Source of the DNA: Lophium mytilinum
Lineage: Eukaryota
Direction of reading: 5' to 3'
DNA length: 64,000 nt
NCBI GenBank assembly: GCA_010093605.1
Contig: MU004181.1
Location: 1,116,001-1,180,000 of the forward strand
Under the pieces are notes generated by a model, which worked only from the letters and a program-made list of their open reading frames with translations, searched no databases and was not told the origin of the DNA. Position numbers and translations under genes: made by a program. Numbering within the stretch: the first letter of the stretch is position 1; the number at the start of each line of letters is the position of its first letter. Shown in pieces: positions 49,472 through 61,717 of this stretch.

Positions 49472-50224
49472 TTATACACCTATTCCCTTGAGTGAGGTTC
49501 GCCTTGAGCTTGCTGACGATGTACTCGAACCTCCAACGCTCTTTCGCCTCGGGTCGTATGTAGTCTTGGTAACTGGATCCGAAGAAGTGCTAAACCTCTT
49601 GTGGTGCTGAAGGCTGAAGTACTCTTCGGGGCTGGAGCAATCGCCAATGGGTACAGGTGTTCGCGCCCGACTCTGGACTGGACTCATCCTGATGGCTTCC
49701 GGGCTCCAGGACCGCCGTTGACTATCTCCAGTCAATGATCGTTGGTGCCTTTTCTGATGTGCGGGTAGCACGGCAGGGAGCTCTAGCCTAGAGTTCATGC
49801 CTATCCACAGCGCTTCGTCCTCGTCTTCTCCGGAGACTCTCCATCCACCCACCCCTTCAAAGTCTCTGGTAGAGCCACCGTTTCCAATCAAAGACGCAAA
49901 ACTGCCGCTTTTTATAGGGAGCTTTCGGGGGATCGTAGGGTCTTGGGAGGACGTGGAGCTTTGTCCAGTGTTTCGTCGAGTGCGTTGACGGCTTGGGCTC
50001 GTTTGGCCGGACGATTCGCGCGTTGGTGGCTTGTGTACCATGGATGATGTCTGCACAAACAGCCAGCTCTGTACCAGTGCAACGCCGAGCTCTAAGTAAA
50101 CAACAGAGGCTCGGATAAGCAGTGCAGAGAAGGCGATGGAGGTGGTGAAGACAGCGAAGGTTGCGAGAGGTATCGATACTAGGAGCAAGAGGGGCGGACC
50201 GAGCAGATAGAGCGGATTGAACAT
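49472..50224 (-). CDS. Conserved fungal hypothetical protein with an N-terminal hydrophobic region and Ser/Arg-rich tail
   Basis: LLLLVSIPLATFAVFTTSIAFSALLIRASVVYLELG and RDFEGVGGWR..WIGMNSRLELP blocks seen in ascomycete hypothetical proteins. An upstream in-frame start near 50269 is possible. Confidence 0.72.
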   Translation of the reverse strand: MFNPLYLLGPPLLLLVSIPLATFAVFTTSIAFSALLIRASVVYLELGVALVQSWLFVQTSSMVHKPPTRESSGQTSPSRQRTRRNTGQSSTSSQDPTIPRKLPIKSGSFASLIGNGGSTRDFEGVGGWRVSGEDEDEALWIGMNSRLELPAVLPAHQKRHQRSLTGDSQRRSWSPEAIRMSPVQSRARTPVPIGDCSSPEEYFSLQHHKRFSTSSDPVTKTTYDPRRKSVGGSSTSSASSRRTSLKGIGV

Positions 50225-50803
50225 GACTTCAGCTCGCGAAAGAGAGAAGCGAGATAGATTGACTGTCATCCTTGAGGATGAAGAGGAAATGCGGAGAAGA
50301 ACATGGTGTGGGGCAAGAGGTCGGGACGGTCAGCCGTTTGCATGTGAAACCTAAAACTAGGGCTCCTGCCAAGGCACTCCTGTCAGCCACCATCAACCTT
50401 GCCACCTTGATTCAACCTCCTCTCCTCTGTAATACACACTCATCGTCTCTATACAACAACTAAAGGCTATGAGTATCGGTGCTGGAATCACTTCTCGTCG
50501 TAGACCATGGCTCCGAGGGAGTTCTTTGATGCGTTTGTCACTATATTATCACATTTGCCTTTGTGCTTCCTTTCAACAACGGCTATTGAATGGACCATAC
50601 ATCAAAGAATTCTGAGGCCCTCTATTGTTGTCTTTGTCTCATCAGGCCTTGTTATAAGTATACGTCAGCAATACTCTCATGAGTTAGATATATGGCAAGA
50701 ATGCACGCATCGTAACCCCATCTATCCATCTCGTTTCCAATTACAGTTTAGCACGCTCCTGTAAACCATTTCCAGATCTTTTCTCCTCAATACCTATTTC
50801 CAA

Positions 50804-51418
50804 ATGGACCCTACTACTACGAATGGTGGTTTTGCTGCCCAGGCACCACCTCCCGCCTTCAACTCCGCACGCCCCCAAGCTCCTAAGAAGCTTCGCAACG
50901 ACAAGAAGCGCCCTGTTGGAAGGAAACCTGTGAACGCGAAATTCATCTCCAACGAAGAAGTTCGCGATAACATCCAAACCTTTGTTGCGGCTTGGAATAG
51001 GTTCTCCGAGGATGAGAAGACTGCTCTTCAAAAAGTATTTTCATACAATCCGAACACACTCTCTGCAAAGACACATGCATATGTCTACGGCATGCCCAAA
51101 AAGTCTCTTGCGGATAGGGTGACTAAGCCTATCGTGAAGGATTCAGCTCATGAAGCAGAGAGGGAGGCTAGAAGGGCGGCTAAAGTTGAGAAGAGGAAGA
51201 CAATTCGCGCCCAGAAGGAAGGGGCACAGGCTGTAGCTCAGCAGATTCAGGGAAATGCTCAACAAGTCTTGGCAACCGTTCAAGAGCCCATTCCCCAGGA
51301 GTCTCAGAGTCAGCAAGCCAACTACGGCTTCAACCCCGAGAATTTTAGCGTTGAAACTGTGAATAAGACTACTACTGAAACTCTGGACCAGTCCGATATA
51401 ATCGACTATGAGGACTGA
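50804..51418 (+). CDS. Hypothetical protein, 204 aa (basic N-terminus, coiled-coil middle)
   Basis: ATG ORF preceded by a pyrimidine-rich leader, with protein-like composition; no family recognised. Confidence 0.55.
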   Translation: MDPTTTNGGFAAQAPPPAFNSARPQAPKKLRNDKKRPVGRKPVNAKFISNEEVRDNIQTFVAAWNRFSEDEKTALQKVFSYNPNTLSAKTHAYVYGMPKKSLADRVTKPIVKDSAHEAEREARRAAKVEKRKTIRAQKEGAQAVAQQIQGNAQQVLATVQEPIPQESQSQQANYGFNPENFSVETVNKTTTETLDQSDIIDYED

Positions 51419-52435
51419 TTCAGAGCCCGGTTCATCTCTCATCTGGATCTTCGATGATGCGTTAGGGCACATCAGATAGTGGCGACAAACTTCAGCGCAG
51501 ACTTGTGCTCTGTTGTTTCAATTACCAGCAAGTATCATAGGTATATGCTCTCTCTTTGACGATTCTGTATAGTAGATATCTCACCATTTTTCATTACCAA
51601 TGACATCAATAATCGAGTTTCCAGTGGTTGCTGCTCAATCTTGCACTTCTTTGATATTCTTCCTGCGTTTTGCTGATACATAACAAGTCGCTAACTACTC
51701 GAATAGTGTAACCTCCAGCTGAAGGTATTTCTGAAGTAGTACAACCTTGATGCGCGATGTTCTCTACGCTTCCCTATATGGCGTTTCCCACCTCTGGTAT
51801 GTAAACACAACCTTCGCTCTCGGTGAAGATAACAAATGAATTACATCTTTGTTGTCAAGCATCGAAGGGTTCATATCAGGAGGTTGGCGATGTATGCATT
51901 GTATATAGAAAGAAGTCGATGTAGATGGAACGGAGTGTTTGCGTGGTACTTTGGGCGGCGTAATTCTCCATTGATTACGATGAGTACTCATACACCCCTG
52001 CCAACGTCAAAGTTGCTTCAACACACTCTCCGAAAACCGAGCTTGAAGTTGGCACATTTGAATGAGGTACAAAATGATTTCTAGAGCTGCGGTTGTGGGG
52101 CCAAAGAGCTCTTTAGTGCCCTAGGCGCGTATGGCACGGGATGAGATGAGTGCGTACTCTGGCTTGGCACCGCCATGGGACGCTTCGAATTCCGAACAGT
52201 GATGTGATGTGAACATTTGGTTCTAAGCGGTGATGTCACGGGATAGAGTAACGAGATCCTGCGCAATTTGGGGAGGCGGCCACCGCTTGGGATCACTTTA
52301 TGAACGAAAGCCTGGTAAACACAGATCGACCGCAAAGGCTTCTTCTTCTTCTCTCGCTCGGTTACCACTAGTACGTCTACATCATCCGTCACTACTTCAC
52401 CTCCACCGCACCACAACCTTCGAAACACGCGCAAT

Positions 52436-53170
52436 ATGGCTCCGCTGTATGCAGTCGGTGGAGCGGGCCACACGATGGAGCTTCGCTCCGATGACACTGG
52501 AGGTGATGCAACCGACCAATCGCTTCGAACAAGGTCCAGCACCATGGCCGCCATTGTTCTCATTACCGTTGCCGGCACTCTCCTTGTCTGCATCGTGTCC
52601 TACTTCGCTATTCAATACTATCGCAATCCAATGAACTTGAGTGGATTCCCGATCTTTGGCAGTCTGATCCGTCGTCGAGCTGCCCGACAGGCTGAAACTC
52701 GTACCGATGGGAGAAACGAATCGACGCAAGAACTGAACCCTAGCTGTAGGTTCTCGGGTGTTGAGGAGTATCACGAGCTTCGCGACATTCGAATCCGAGC
52801 TACCCGTCCAATGGCGCAACACCCACGCATCCAATTTCCGTCGCGCGCCTACCACCGCTTCGCTGATGATGTCGACACTCTACCGACATATTCTCCAGCC
52901 CCTTCCTACGCGTCTTCGATCCCGGGATCCCCAAGATCAGTTACCCATAGCTCATCAATGATGTCCATGGTTGTTGAAATCGACGAATCCTCGACTGTCG
53001 GCCGACGATACCATCACGATCGTACTCGAACCACGGTGACTATTCTTCCGTCGCAGCGACTAAGTCATCATATGGACGAAATCGGGCTTGTTACATCCTT
53101 GCCAACGGAGCACGGCGTTCAAGAACTAGGCACTCGCGCTCAACACGAGCGCAAGGGGAGTCAGATCTAG
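52436..53170 (+). CDS. Hypothetical single-pass membrane protein, 244 aa
   Basis: One hydrophobic segment (AAIVLITVAGTLLVCIVSYFAI) followed by a cytosolic-type tail containing LPTY/APSY. Confidence 0.55.
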   Translation: MAPLYAVGGAGHTMELRSDDTGGDATDQSLRTRSSTMAAIVLITVAGTLLVCIVSYFAIQYYRNPMNLSGFPIFGSLIRRRAARQAETRTDGRNESTQELNPSCRFSGVEEYHELRDIRIRATRPMAQHPRIQFPSRAYHRFADDVDTLPTYSPAPSYASSIPGSPRSVTHSSSMMSMVVEIDESSTVGRRYHHDRTRTTVTILPSQRLSHHMDEIGLVTSLPTEHGVQELGTRAQHERKGSQI

Positions 53171-53410
53171 ATGCCTTGTGCCACCAAGAACCAAGATACT
53201 TGGCGCAGCTGAGGATCTGAGGATGGACCAATATATGGGGTGAAAATCATGGGTTGCTGGGAGAGGTAATGGAGGAGCATGAAATGGTGGGTTCTGTGTT
53301 ACAGCTCTAGGGTTGTAGTTTTGAACGACTTGAAGTCAGCAGCTGCTCTCTTCAAGCAATGCCAAAACTCTATATGCACCTCACTGAGGATGTTACGCCT
53401 TAGATCCTAA

Positions 53411-56291
53411 TCAATATGCCCCTAAGGAACTCCAAGGATTCTCCACAGCAAATCTGTCCTCGGAGAATCCACTGTCCTTCGATATTATCGGCAGATCCAT
53501 CATCTCCGCATAACTCAAGACGTCTTCCCCCTCAATCGCTTCACTTTCATCGTCTCTTCCACCTCCCCTGTCACCATTCTCTACCAGCTCCTGTGTCCTC
53601 GTATCCTCCCTAAGCGTCAAAACATCCTCCCACAACTCCTCACTCACCCCCCCGAAAAACACATCCGTCCACGCCACCGCCTTCAACAACTGCACAAGCG
53701 CCTCCCTCCCTGCCACCTCCCTACCCACCAACCCTAATCGCTCCACCACCTCCCCAATCCGCGCCACCCACCACGCCGCCCCGCCCCAGTGCCTCCCCAC
53801 CGTCGCGCCCACCACGAGCACCCACAGCAGCGTATGCAGATTCCGCTCCGCCTCCCACACCGCCACGACATCGACGCCCTCGCGGCCGACCGCCGCCCTC
53901 AACCGCGCCAGCAGGATATCAAACACCTTTGCACGCACCGGCACATCGCGCAGCGCAGCATAGAGGAAGATCTGGCCGGCCGCAATAAGCGCCTCGACCA
54001 CGCTCGCGGCGTCGGCGACCGCGGCGTCGTCATCAGCCGCGTCCCACTTGCCGTCGCGGCGCGCGCGGTCAGGGACCAGAAAGTCCGGGGAGCGGTCGGG
54101 CATGGAGAGGAGGGCGTACTCGGCTTCGTAGAGCATGTTTGCGAGGGGTAGTTTGGCGACGCGGGGGCCCCAGGCGGCCGACGTGGCAAGGCCGAGGCGG
54201 TGCAGGCGGTAGAACCAGTTGAAGCAGTCGACGCCGGCTGTGGAGAGGTTTAGGAGGCTGGTTGGGGAAGAGCAGGCGGCTTCGGCGAGGAGGTCTTCGG
54301 GGAGAGAGGGGGTTGGCGAGTCGGGTTGGCGGTAGGGGAAGTTTGGGGGAGTGCGGAAGACGGTGGAGGAGTGGAAGTCGACCCTGTGGGTGAGTTAGTA
54401 GGAGTTTTGGTGGGTTCAATCGGTTCTCGAAGACTGTGTGCAGACTTCAGGTGGTGGTTTAGATGCTGTGTGCAACGCGGCTGCTGGAGTAGGGGGTCGG
54501 CAGAAAAGTCCTGGGAACGAGGCAGAGCTACTTTTTCGAGACTCAAAGCCACAAGTGCCATCAAGATTCCCAGCCAACGGAGACGCAAGAGACACACTAT
54601 TGGGGATAGAGCATATGATAGGGACTCGGGGGCTGCAGGTTCAGGAGAGTCCGGACGGGGCGAAAAAGCGCGGCATAAACGCCACACCTACCAGACAAGG
54701 CCCCTCATCAGTCCGTCGTTGTGCGAGAAGGCCTCTAGCCCCCCACGCGCGGCAATCATTCTCTTCAGCGCGGTAATGTGCAGCTGGGCTGCATCGTATG
54801 CCCCGTATAGATTCTTGACTGCATGAGCTATCATCCAAACATATGGGTCCCCGTCACACCCTCAAGCAGGGGGGATTTGTAAGACATACTTCGAAACTGG
54901 CGATGGTGGCCACGGCGCCCACCACCTCATCTGATATTCCTTCCTCCTGAGAGTTAAGCTTAGCATTGATGCCCTTTATTGCCTCATGTTTATGTCTGAG
55001 CGCTTCAATTCGAAAAGTGATGCCTTCAGTGGTAAGATCATTGTATAACGCGACTGATGCCAGTGTGGAGTGAAGCATGGTTGCGTCTCGCGAAATGAAC
55101 GGCCACCAAGTGTTCCTCGCATTAACAGCTATCGAGTTAATCCTGAAATTTGTCTTGTCTGGTAAAAGAAGTGTTAGCCAATCATTGCCCAAGAGGGTAC
55201 AGAATTAGACCATAAGCCTGGACTCGTAGATATTACTGCTTGACTGCCGCTTTTGAAGCTAGAAAACCCCGCCAGTAGCAGCCCGTTGCCAGAACGCGAG
55301 TCAACTTAGAGGCAGTCTCGTTCTCACCGGTTGAAACTTGACATCGAGCCTAGATTACCAAAACCCTATGGGGCACCCTTGATAGTGGCAGACATGTGTG
55401 TACAGGCTGATAAACTGTCACTGTACTTCCAAATACATAAGGTACACCAATGTTCAGGGGACAAGGCATTTTCGTACAGAGACAGGTCACAAGTAAGCCA
55501 CAAGAATGGGCACACTCGTCTGCCTCTGCTAGGGGCACCACCATGGGATTTCGAAAAGCCAGGCCCGATGTCAAGTTCCAAGCAGTGGGTACGAGACTGA
55601 CTCTACACTGAGTTGCCGCTCACAAGCTATGGTATTGCTTGCAATGGCGTTGCGTGAGCAGGATTAGAGTCAAGCAGTGATAAACCTAGTGCCCAAACCC
55701 ATGATCTAGTACTGCCAGCGTCCAAGAATAGGAACACTCACAAAGCGTGAACAATAACTGGATCTTCGAACTGCCTGGAATAGGTAAACAATCGAAAGGG
55801 TCAGAGCGATGGGCGTTTGGGTTCCTCCGAGGAGGCGTATTGATTGGAGGTACGATGACTGCACCATCACCATAGCTCAGCAACCCTGGTCTCTTGGAGA
55901 TAGTTCGTGTATTTGATTGCTTCGCCTCGGTACATGGGTCGGTGGTTCCTGCATTCTGCTTGGATGCTCTCCTCTTGGGGGCACTCCTGGGCTGCTTCTC
56001 AGGGGGGGCTACTTGGCCAGGTTTCGGGAGCCTGAAACGGCCTTTCAAATTGCTGCCAGCTTGAACTGTTGAAGATGAGTTAATAGCGGAAATTGGAATC
56101 TTCGTGTTGGTGTTTTTGTCATTGAAGAAGTTCCGCATCACTACTCGGCGAATCGTAGCCCTCGAAGCGCCATCGGGCTGGTGATGCTGGCCAGTCGTGA
56201 CAAAGAACTCATATTCTCGGACGTCCGGTGCCCCTACGTCTGCATTGTGCGGTGCCAATGGAGACTGGTGAACGTTATTCGACTCGGGCAT
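53411..56291 (-). CDS. Fungal_trans_2-like regulator with no evident Zn2Cys6 cluster (exons 56291-55742, 55158-54890, 54813-54692, 54383-53411)
   Basis: FFVTT..ATIRRVVMRNF, SDPFDCLPI, ALRHKHEAIKGINAKL..ISDEVVGAVATIASFE/NLYG..HITALKRMIAARGGL..W/VD, LLWVLVVGA. Intron phases are consistent across all four exons. Confidence 0.78.
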
Positions 56292-57046
56292 TTTCGTGTT
56301 CGATTCGAGGATATTTACTGATCAGTGGCCAAACCGAGACTCTCCCTTAAGCCCAGATTGGTGACCTTCTTTCCCTACCAAACAGACAAAGCTTAACGTG
56401 CAGGAGAGATTCTTAGGGACTCGTCTTTCGATAAGTAATTGCCCAAAGGCGTTTGTTGTATTATTCGTAGACAAAATTGCCGTTAACAGGCAGTGGTCTA
56501 ACCTCGAAAAGCCTTTGATGTGTAAGCTGAGGCTTGCAGGGATCTTCGGATGCATGGTGGGGGCGATGGTGCTCACCTATATAGAACTGGCGGTCGCCAG
56601 AAAATCGTATCGTATTCGACAGTCTCCGAAGCGATTAGACCTAATCTGCATGAGTACGACTGACACCCGATCGGTTCGATTTCAAGAGCTTGGTATGACT
56701 GCTGTGTTGGATTGATGTTCCGAAAGACGACTAGAGCTGGTCCATGAAGGATAGAGCTGCACCTATATTGTTGATCGTTAGTTGGTCTGCTGTTGCGGGG
56801 TGCTTTGTTCGCGACTCTCGGGGATTCTAGACGCGAGCAAGTGGTGATTAGAGAGCCGCACTACATTGGCTATCTAGGGTACGCGAAGGAGTTCCCGCTT
56901 CGTAAGCGCAGTAGACGACGCCACCGAGTGAATTAACGGACTGGAATGTGACAGAGTTTCATTCCATAGGTATCTATTCCTAGTACTCCCGAGCGCCTTA
57001 CCGTTAACACCGGACCCATTCTACCTCAAGAGCCGACCCTGTAACG

Positions 57047-59044
57047 CTATTTTGACTTGTCTTCCCGCAAGCTCACGATTTGGTTGAGGATAATATTATC
57101 ATGTTCCTTCTCGGGGTCGATGCAGAAGTAGCCTGTCCGAAGGGCCTGGAACCGGACGAGATCGTCAGAAGCACGGCTCGGGTGGACAGAGTGCAGCTTA
57201 ACGAGGTCAATCAAGCCCTTTTCGATCACGGCATTCTTGAAAGTGATTTCGCTGTTTGGGTTGAGATCGTCTGCCCAGCCACCTTCCTTCCAGTCGAGGG
57301 TATTGGGCGAATCAGTCTTGAACAATGAGTAGTACTGGCGAGCAACAACCTTCACGGCGGACGAGACGTCGACCCAATGAATATAAGTCTTCGGTTTATC
57401 CTCCGATTTGACAGCGCGGATCTCGGAAACACGACCGCTAGAGTCCTTCGAGAACGAGACCGCACGGATTGCGAAGGGAACATTGAGCAAGCCGACGGTC
57501 TTGTTGGGAGCTAGTCGGAAGTATTCTGGGCTATCTTCTTCTCTGAAGTCGCTGCCATCGATATACACTTCGCGGGTAAGTTTGACCTGGCGTTCACCGG
57601 GTATGAGACGTTTTGGGTCGTAAGGGACAGTCAACTCCCTTTCATCAGCTTCGGTGGCATCTTCGATGACTACCTTGATCGGGTCAAGAATAAGAGCTAG
57701 CCGTGGTACGCTACGCTCAAGGTATGAACGGATGGAAGATTCCAGTCTAGTAGTTTGGATTTCCGTGAGGGCGTCTGTCACGCCGAGCCCCTCGACGAAA
57801 TTGAGGAGGGCCTTGGCAGGAATACCGCGGCGGCGTAAAGCAACGAGGGTGTATAGACGGGGATCATCCCAACCTCGAACACTTGGTGGGATTATTTTCT
57901 TCACCACTGTGCCATCACTGTTCTTCTTCTCGACCGTGACGCCTTCGACGAGCATTTGGATTCGGCGTTTGGAGAGAATGGTGCCAGTGACGTTCAGACG
58001 ACCATATCTGAGGCTTGTTAGCTGAGATATATGCGTGAGAATATAGATGCACCTACTCGCGCTGCATTGGGCCCCTCTCCTCTGACTTTGGCACCTTGAA
58101 ATCAAGAGCCTCCAGAAGCCAGTCATACGAAACTCTAGACTGCTGGAACTCTGTAGTGCACATCGAGTGAGATATCTCTTCGAACGAATCGCACAAGCAA
58201 TGGGTGAAATCGTATGTAGGGTAGATCTTCCACTTCAGACCGGTGCGATGGTGGTGGTTCTTCTCCACGACACGATACGCTGGCAAGTCCCACATCTGAG
58301 GGTTTCCTTCATTGGGATCTGTCAAGCTTTGCTTCATGCGGAGGTATGCCTCGCCCGGCGCGTATTTGCCATCTCGCATGGCCTGGAATTCGGCCAAGGA
58401 CTCTTCGATCGGTCGTTCGCGGTGTTCACATGCATAACGAGGCCCGCGGTTGTCAGGACCGCCGCGCTGGAGGTTGACTTCTTCTCCTGTACCTTGATTA
58501 GATTCTGAACGCTGTTTAATGCTGCAAAGCTATACTCACTTGAGCAATGGCAGACATATGCCTTGTCCCGACGAATCAGCTCTTCAGCGAGTTGGTAGAG
58601 GCGGTCGAAGTGGTCGCTGCTGTATGTGATCTTGTACGGCTCAAAGCCTAGCCATTGAATGATCTCTCGAATGGAAGTGAAATATATCTCGTCCTCCTTG
58701 GCCGGGTTCGTGTCGTCGTAGCGGAGGAAGCATACGCCGCTGTGGGCCTTTGCAAAGCCGAAATTGACGGCAATGGCTTTGCAGTGGCCGATGTGAAGGA
58801 AGCCATTGGGCTCAGGAGGGAAACGAGTTCGCACGGGGACATTGGAAGGTTTCTCCCTGTAGACTCGGGCGAGCCATCCTTCCTCGAAGACGTTGGCGGG
58901 GACCTTTGAGCTTGAACTTGAACTCGCGGGTGTCGCAGCGGAGGGTTCCTTGGGTCGGAGAGCGAATTCAGCCTTCTTCACGGCCTTTTCGGCCTTCTTC
59001 CTGGCCTTCTCCAGCGCCCGCTTCGACTCTTTCGGCGGGTCCAT
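57047..59044 (-). CDS. GLN4: Glutaminyl-tRNA synthetase (class I), 3 exons
   Basis: [16 protein letters not shown] (HIGH motif), [58 protein letters not shown]. Confidence 0.93.
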
Positions 59045-59431
59045 ACTGTTGTGTAGTCTGCGAGTTGTTGGAATAAATCTTGTTGGAGGGGCAAGCTGAT
59101 CTTATTCTATGTCTGACTCAAACTGACTCGGGTTGTGGCTTTAGCGTCGCTCAGCCACGGCTTTGCCTGTCCCTGCCTGCTGTCACATTCTGCAACCAAG
59201 AACCACTCACTACCTTGTTCAATGGCCTTTAATTCTGGTGTGAAAGTGGGCAAGCGTCACTTCATACTCGCTGTTTGGAGTGTTTCAGCCCAGGAGACGA
59301 GTCCAAAGTCCCTTTTTCACAAATATTTATAGTATCCCCATGCCCCTGAGACGGCTTGATTTAAGCTTTCATAGGATTCATAAAGCGAGCTCTATATGAT
59401 TTCTACCAACTTATTCTCCGTCCCAAGTTGT

Positions 59432-60330
59432 TTAGGATGGAGCCTTGTATCCGTCTACATCTGTGCTGTTGGTTTGCTTCTCGAACCTCTTCACGTTCTC
59501 TCCATACTCCTTCACCTTGTTGGTCAATGCGGCGTACGCATCAGTGCCAACCGCACACCTCATTGGCGGGTCCTTCATGACTGCTAGCTCGTAAAAGACC
59601 TTAGCTGCCTTCGCTGGGTCTCCAGCCTGGGTACCATTGCGTTTCTTCGCATTGGCCTTTGCGTCAATATGGTCGTACGCGGGGTTCTTGTTTTCGCCGA
59701 ATTGCATGCTACGGCCAGCCCAGTCGGTGCGGAACCCTCCAGGCTCGATGCAGGTGAGGTGAATATTCCATTCTGGCTTCTGTTCCTTCTGGACCGCTTC
59801 GCTAAATCCCTCCACAGCCCATTTGGAGGCACAGTATATACTGTATGTTGGGAAACCTATGTCGCTGTCAAAGGAGCTCCCCGACAGAGAAGGCCGTGGA
59901 ACTCACCCACTTGCCCGCCTACGGACGTGACTTGCTGAATACGACCTCCAGTCTTTTGTTCGCGCATCACCTCCAACGCTCTCCGTGTCACGTTGATCAG
60001 GCCAAAGAAATTGACCTCCATCTGAGTCCGGATCTGCTTCTCCGAGAGTGACTCGAATTCGCCGCTCAGACCGTACCCAGCATTGTTCACAACGACGTCA
60101 ACTTTCTTGAACTTCTTCAGCGCAGCCTCGAACGCCTTGTTAATGGAGGACGTGTCTGTGACGTCGAGGTCCACAAGCAAGCTGTTGGTATCAGTTGTAC
60201 CAGGGAAAGATAGCGAGGAAGACTTTCGGGCGGTAGCAACGACGTAGTCGCCATTCTCCAATACGACTTTGACAAGTTCGGCGCCGAAACCTGTGGATGT
60301 ACCAGTGATGAGGAAGACTCGTGGTGCCAT
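59432..60330 (-). CDS. Classical short-chain dehydrogenase/reductase, 2 exons
   Basis: ITGTSTGFG (TGxxxGxG), VVNNAGYG, catalytic YCASK just after the intron, IEPGGFRTDW. Confidence 0.93.
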
Positions 60331-60486
60331 TTTGATAAGCAGGTTAAGTATGAAATGGCTAAAAACAAGCGGACAGATTTGATTGTGAGGGGCGAAGAAT
60401 GATGTGGTCAGTAGGTTTATATACACTCTCCTCCACCCAAAATCCGCTATTTCCGATCTTTGCTATAATTTGTCGATGACGCTTTT

Positions 60487-60502
60487 TGACGTCGTGACGT
60501 CA
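60487..60502. promoter_or_regulatory. Tandem CRE/ATF-type sites (TGACGTCG + TGACGTCA)
   Basis: TGACGTCGTGACGTCA about 160 bp upstream of the SDR start, in the divergent SDR/FAM32A intergenic region; function not shown. Confidence 0.35.
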
Positions 60503-60937
60503 ATTGTGAGAACGAACTCCTTGACTTAATTCCAAATCCATAGAGGCCCGTAGAGGTAGTCTCTCGATGAGTAAGGACTGCAATGCCTCTGGCATGCTTG
60601 AAATAAAATGTACTGTACCTGGGGGTCTAGGGACTTGACCAATCCACTCCCTTTGGAATACCTATGGCAACTGTAAAGCTTCACAGCCAGTGTAATCACC
60701 ATGTTCATTGCCTAGATAACAATAACTCCGCAATGCCCGCTAAAACCGATAAACACCTACCTAGGTGTCTCCATAGATCTAACACGGAGCGGGCACGGAA
60801 TAGGCAGTGCGTCCAACTGCCAAGCGACAGGGCACCGACGCCCCTGCGCCGATCACCCGCAACTAGCGCCAACCTCTAAACCCGAACACCTTCACAGCTT
60901 CACCTTCTCACCAACAACAACCAACGACAACGCCGCC

Positions 60938-61468
60938 ATGGCCTCCTCCGACTACGCTGCCGTCACCTCAGGCGCGCTCAAACTCAAAGGCGGCTCCGGC
61001 ATCGACAAAAAGCGCAAGAAGAAGAAGCGGTCCAAGCCTGCGTCCACTCCCCCCGCAAACCCAGCGACCGAGCACCAGGACGACCCCACGACTGAGCACC
61101 AAGACGACCTCGACCCCACCGCCGACCCAGACAAGCAAAGGCAGCCAAAGTCCAGCGACACCGACCTCCAAGCCATCCTCGCCTCAGAAGATGGCCCAAC
61201 CTCCATGGCGCTCGCGCAGGCGAGCGTGGGCAGGCACGACAAAACAGAGGCGGAGCGACGACACGACGAGAGGCGGCGCCGGCGGCTAGACGAGCGCCTG
61301 AAGCGAGAGGGCGTGAAGACGCACAAAGAACGCGTGGAAGAGCTGAATAGGTACCTAAGTGGGCTCTCAGAGCACCATGATATGTGAGTATACGTGTGGA
61401 CCCATGTGATGTTTAACACGTAAAGATACTGATTTTGACGTTATAGGCCGAGAATCGGACCCGGGTAA
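60938..61468 (+). CDS. FAM32A/DUF1754 family protein (exons 60938-61383, 61447-61468)
   Basis: GALKLKG..KKKKK, KTEAERR, KTHKERVEELNRYLSGLSEHHDM/PRIGPG* is the family signature; intron GTGAGT..TAG. Confidence 0.92.
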
Positions 61469-61717
61469 CGAAGTACGCTGCGAGGTGGAAGGTTGCTTGG
61501 GGTGGGCATATTGGTGCTTCTTTCGGGCGGCATGGGGTACGGAGTTCGGATTGATGGTTGATATTACGGGTAAAGAGTCATGGTACAACTATGAACTACG
61601 CTCACCCTTTTCGAGCTTTGCCTTCACAAATACCAGAGATGAGGGTTGTTTGTCTGCGAGCTCGAATTCCTGCTGTGACTACTTCATCGTGTTCATGTTA
61701 CAAGTACCCGTACTTGG

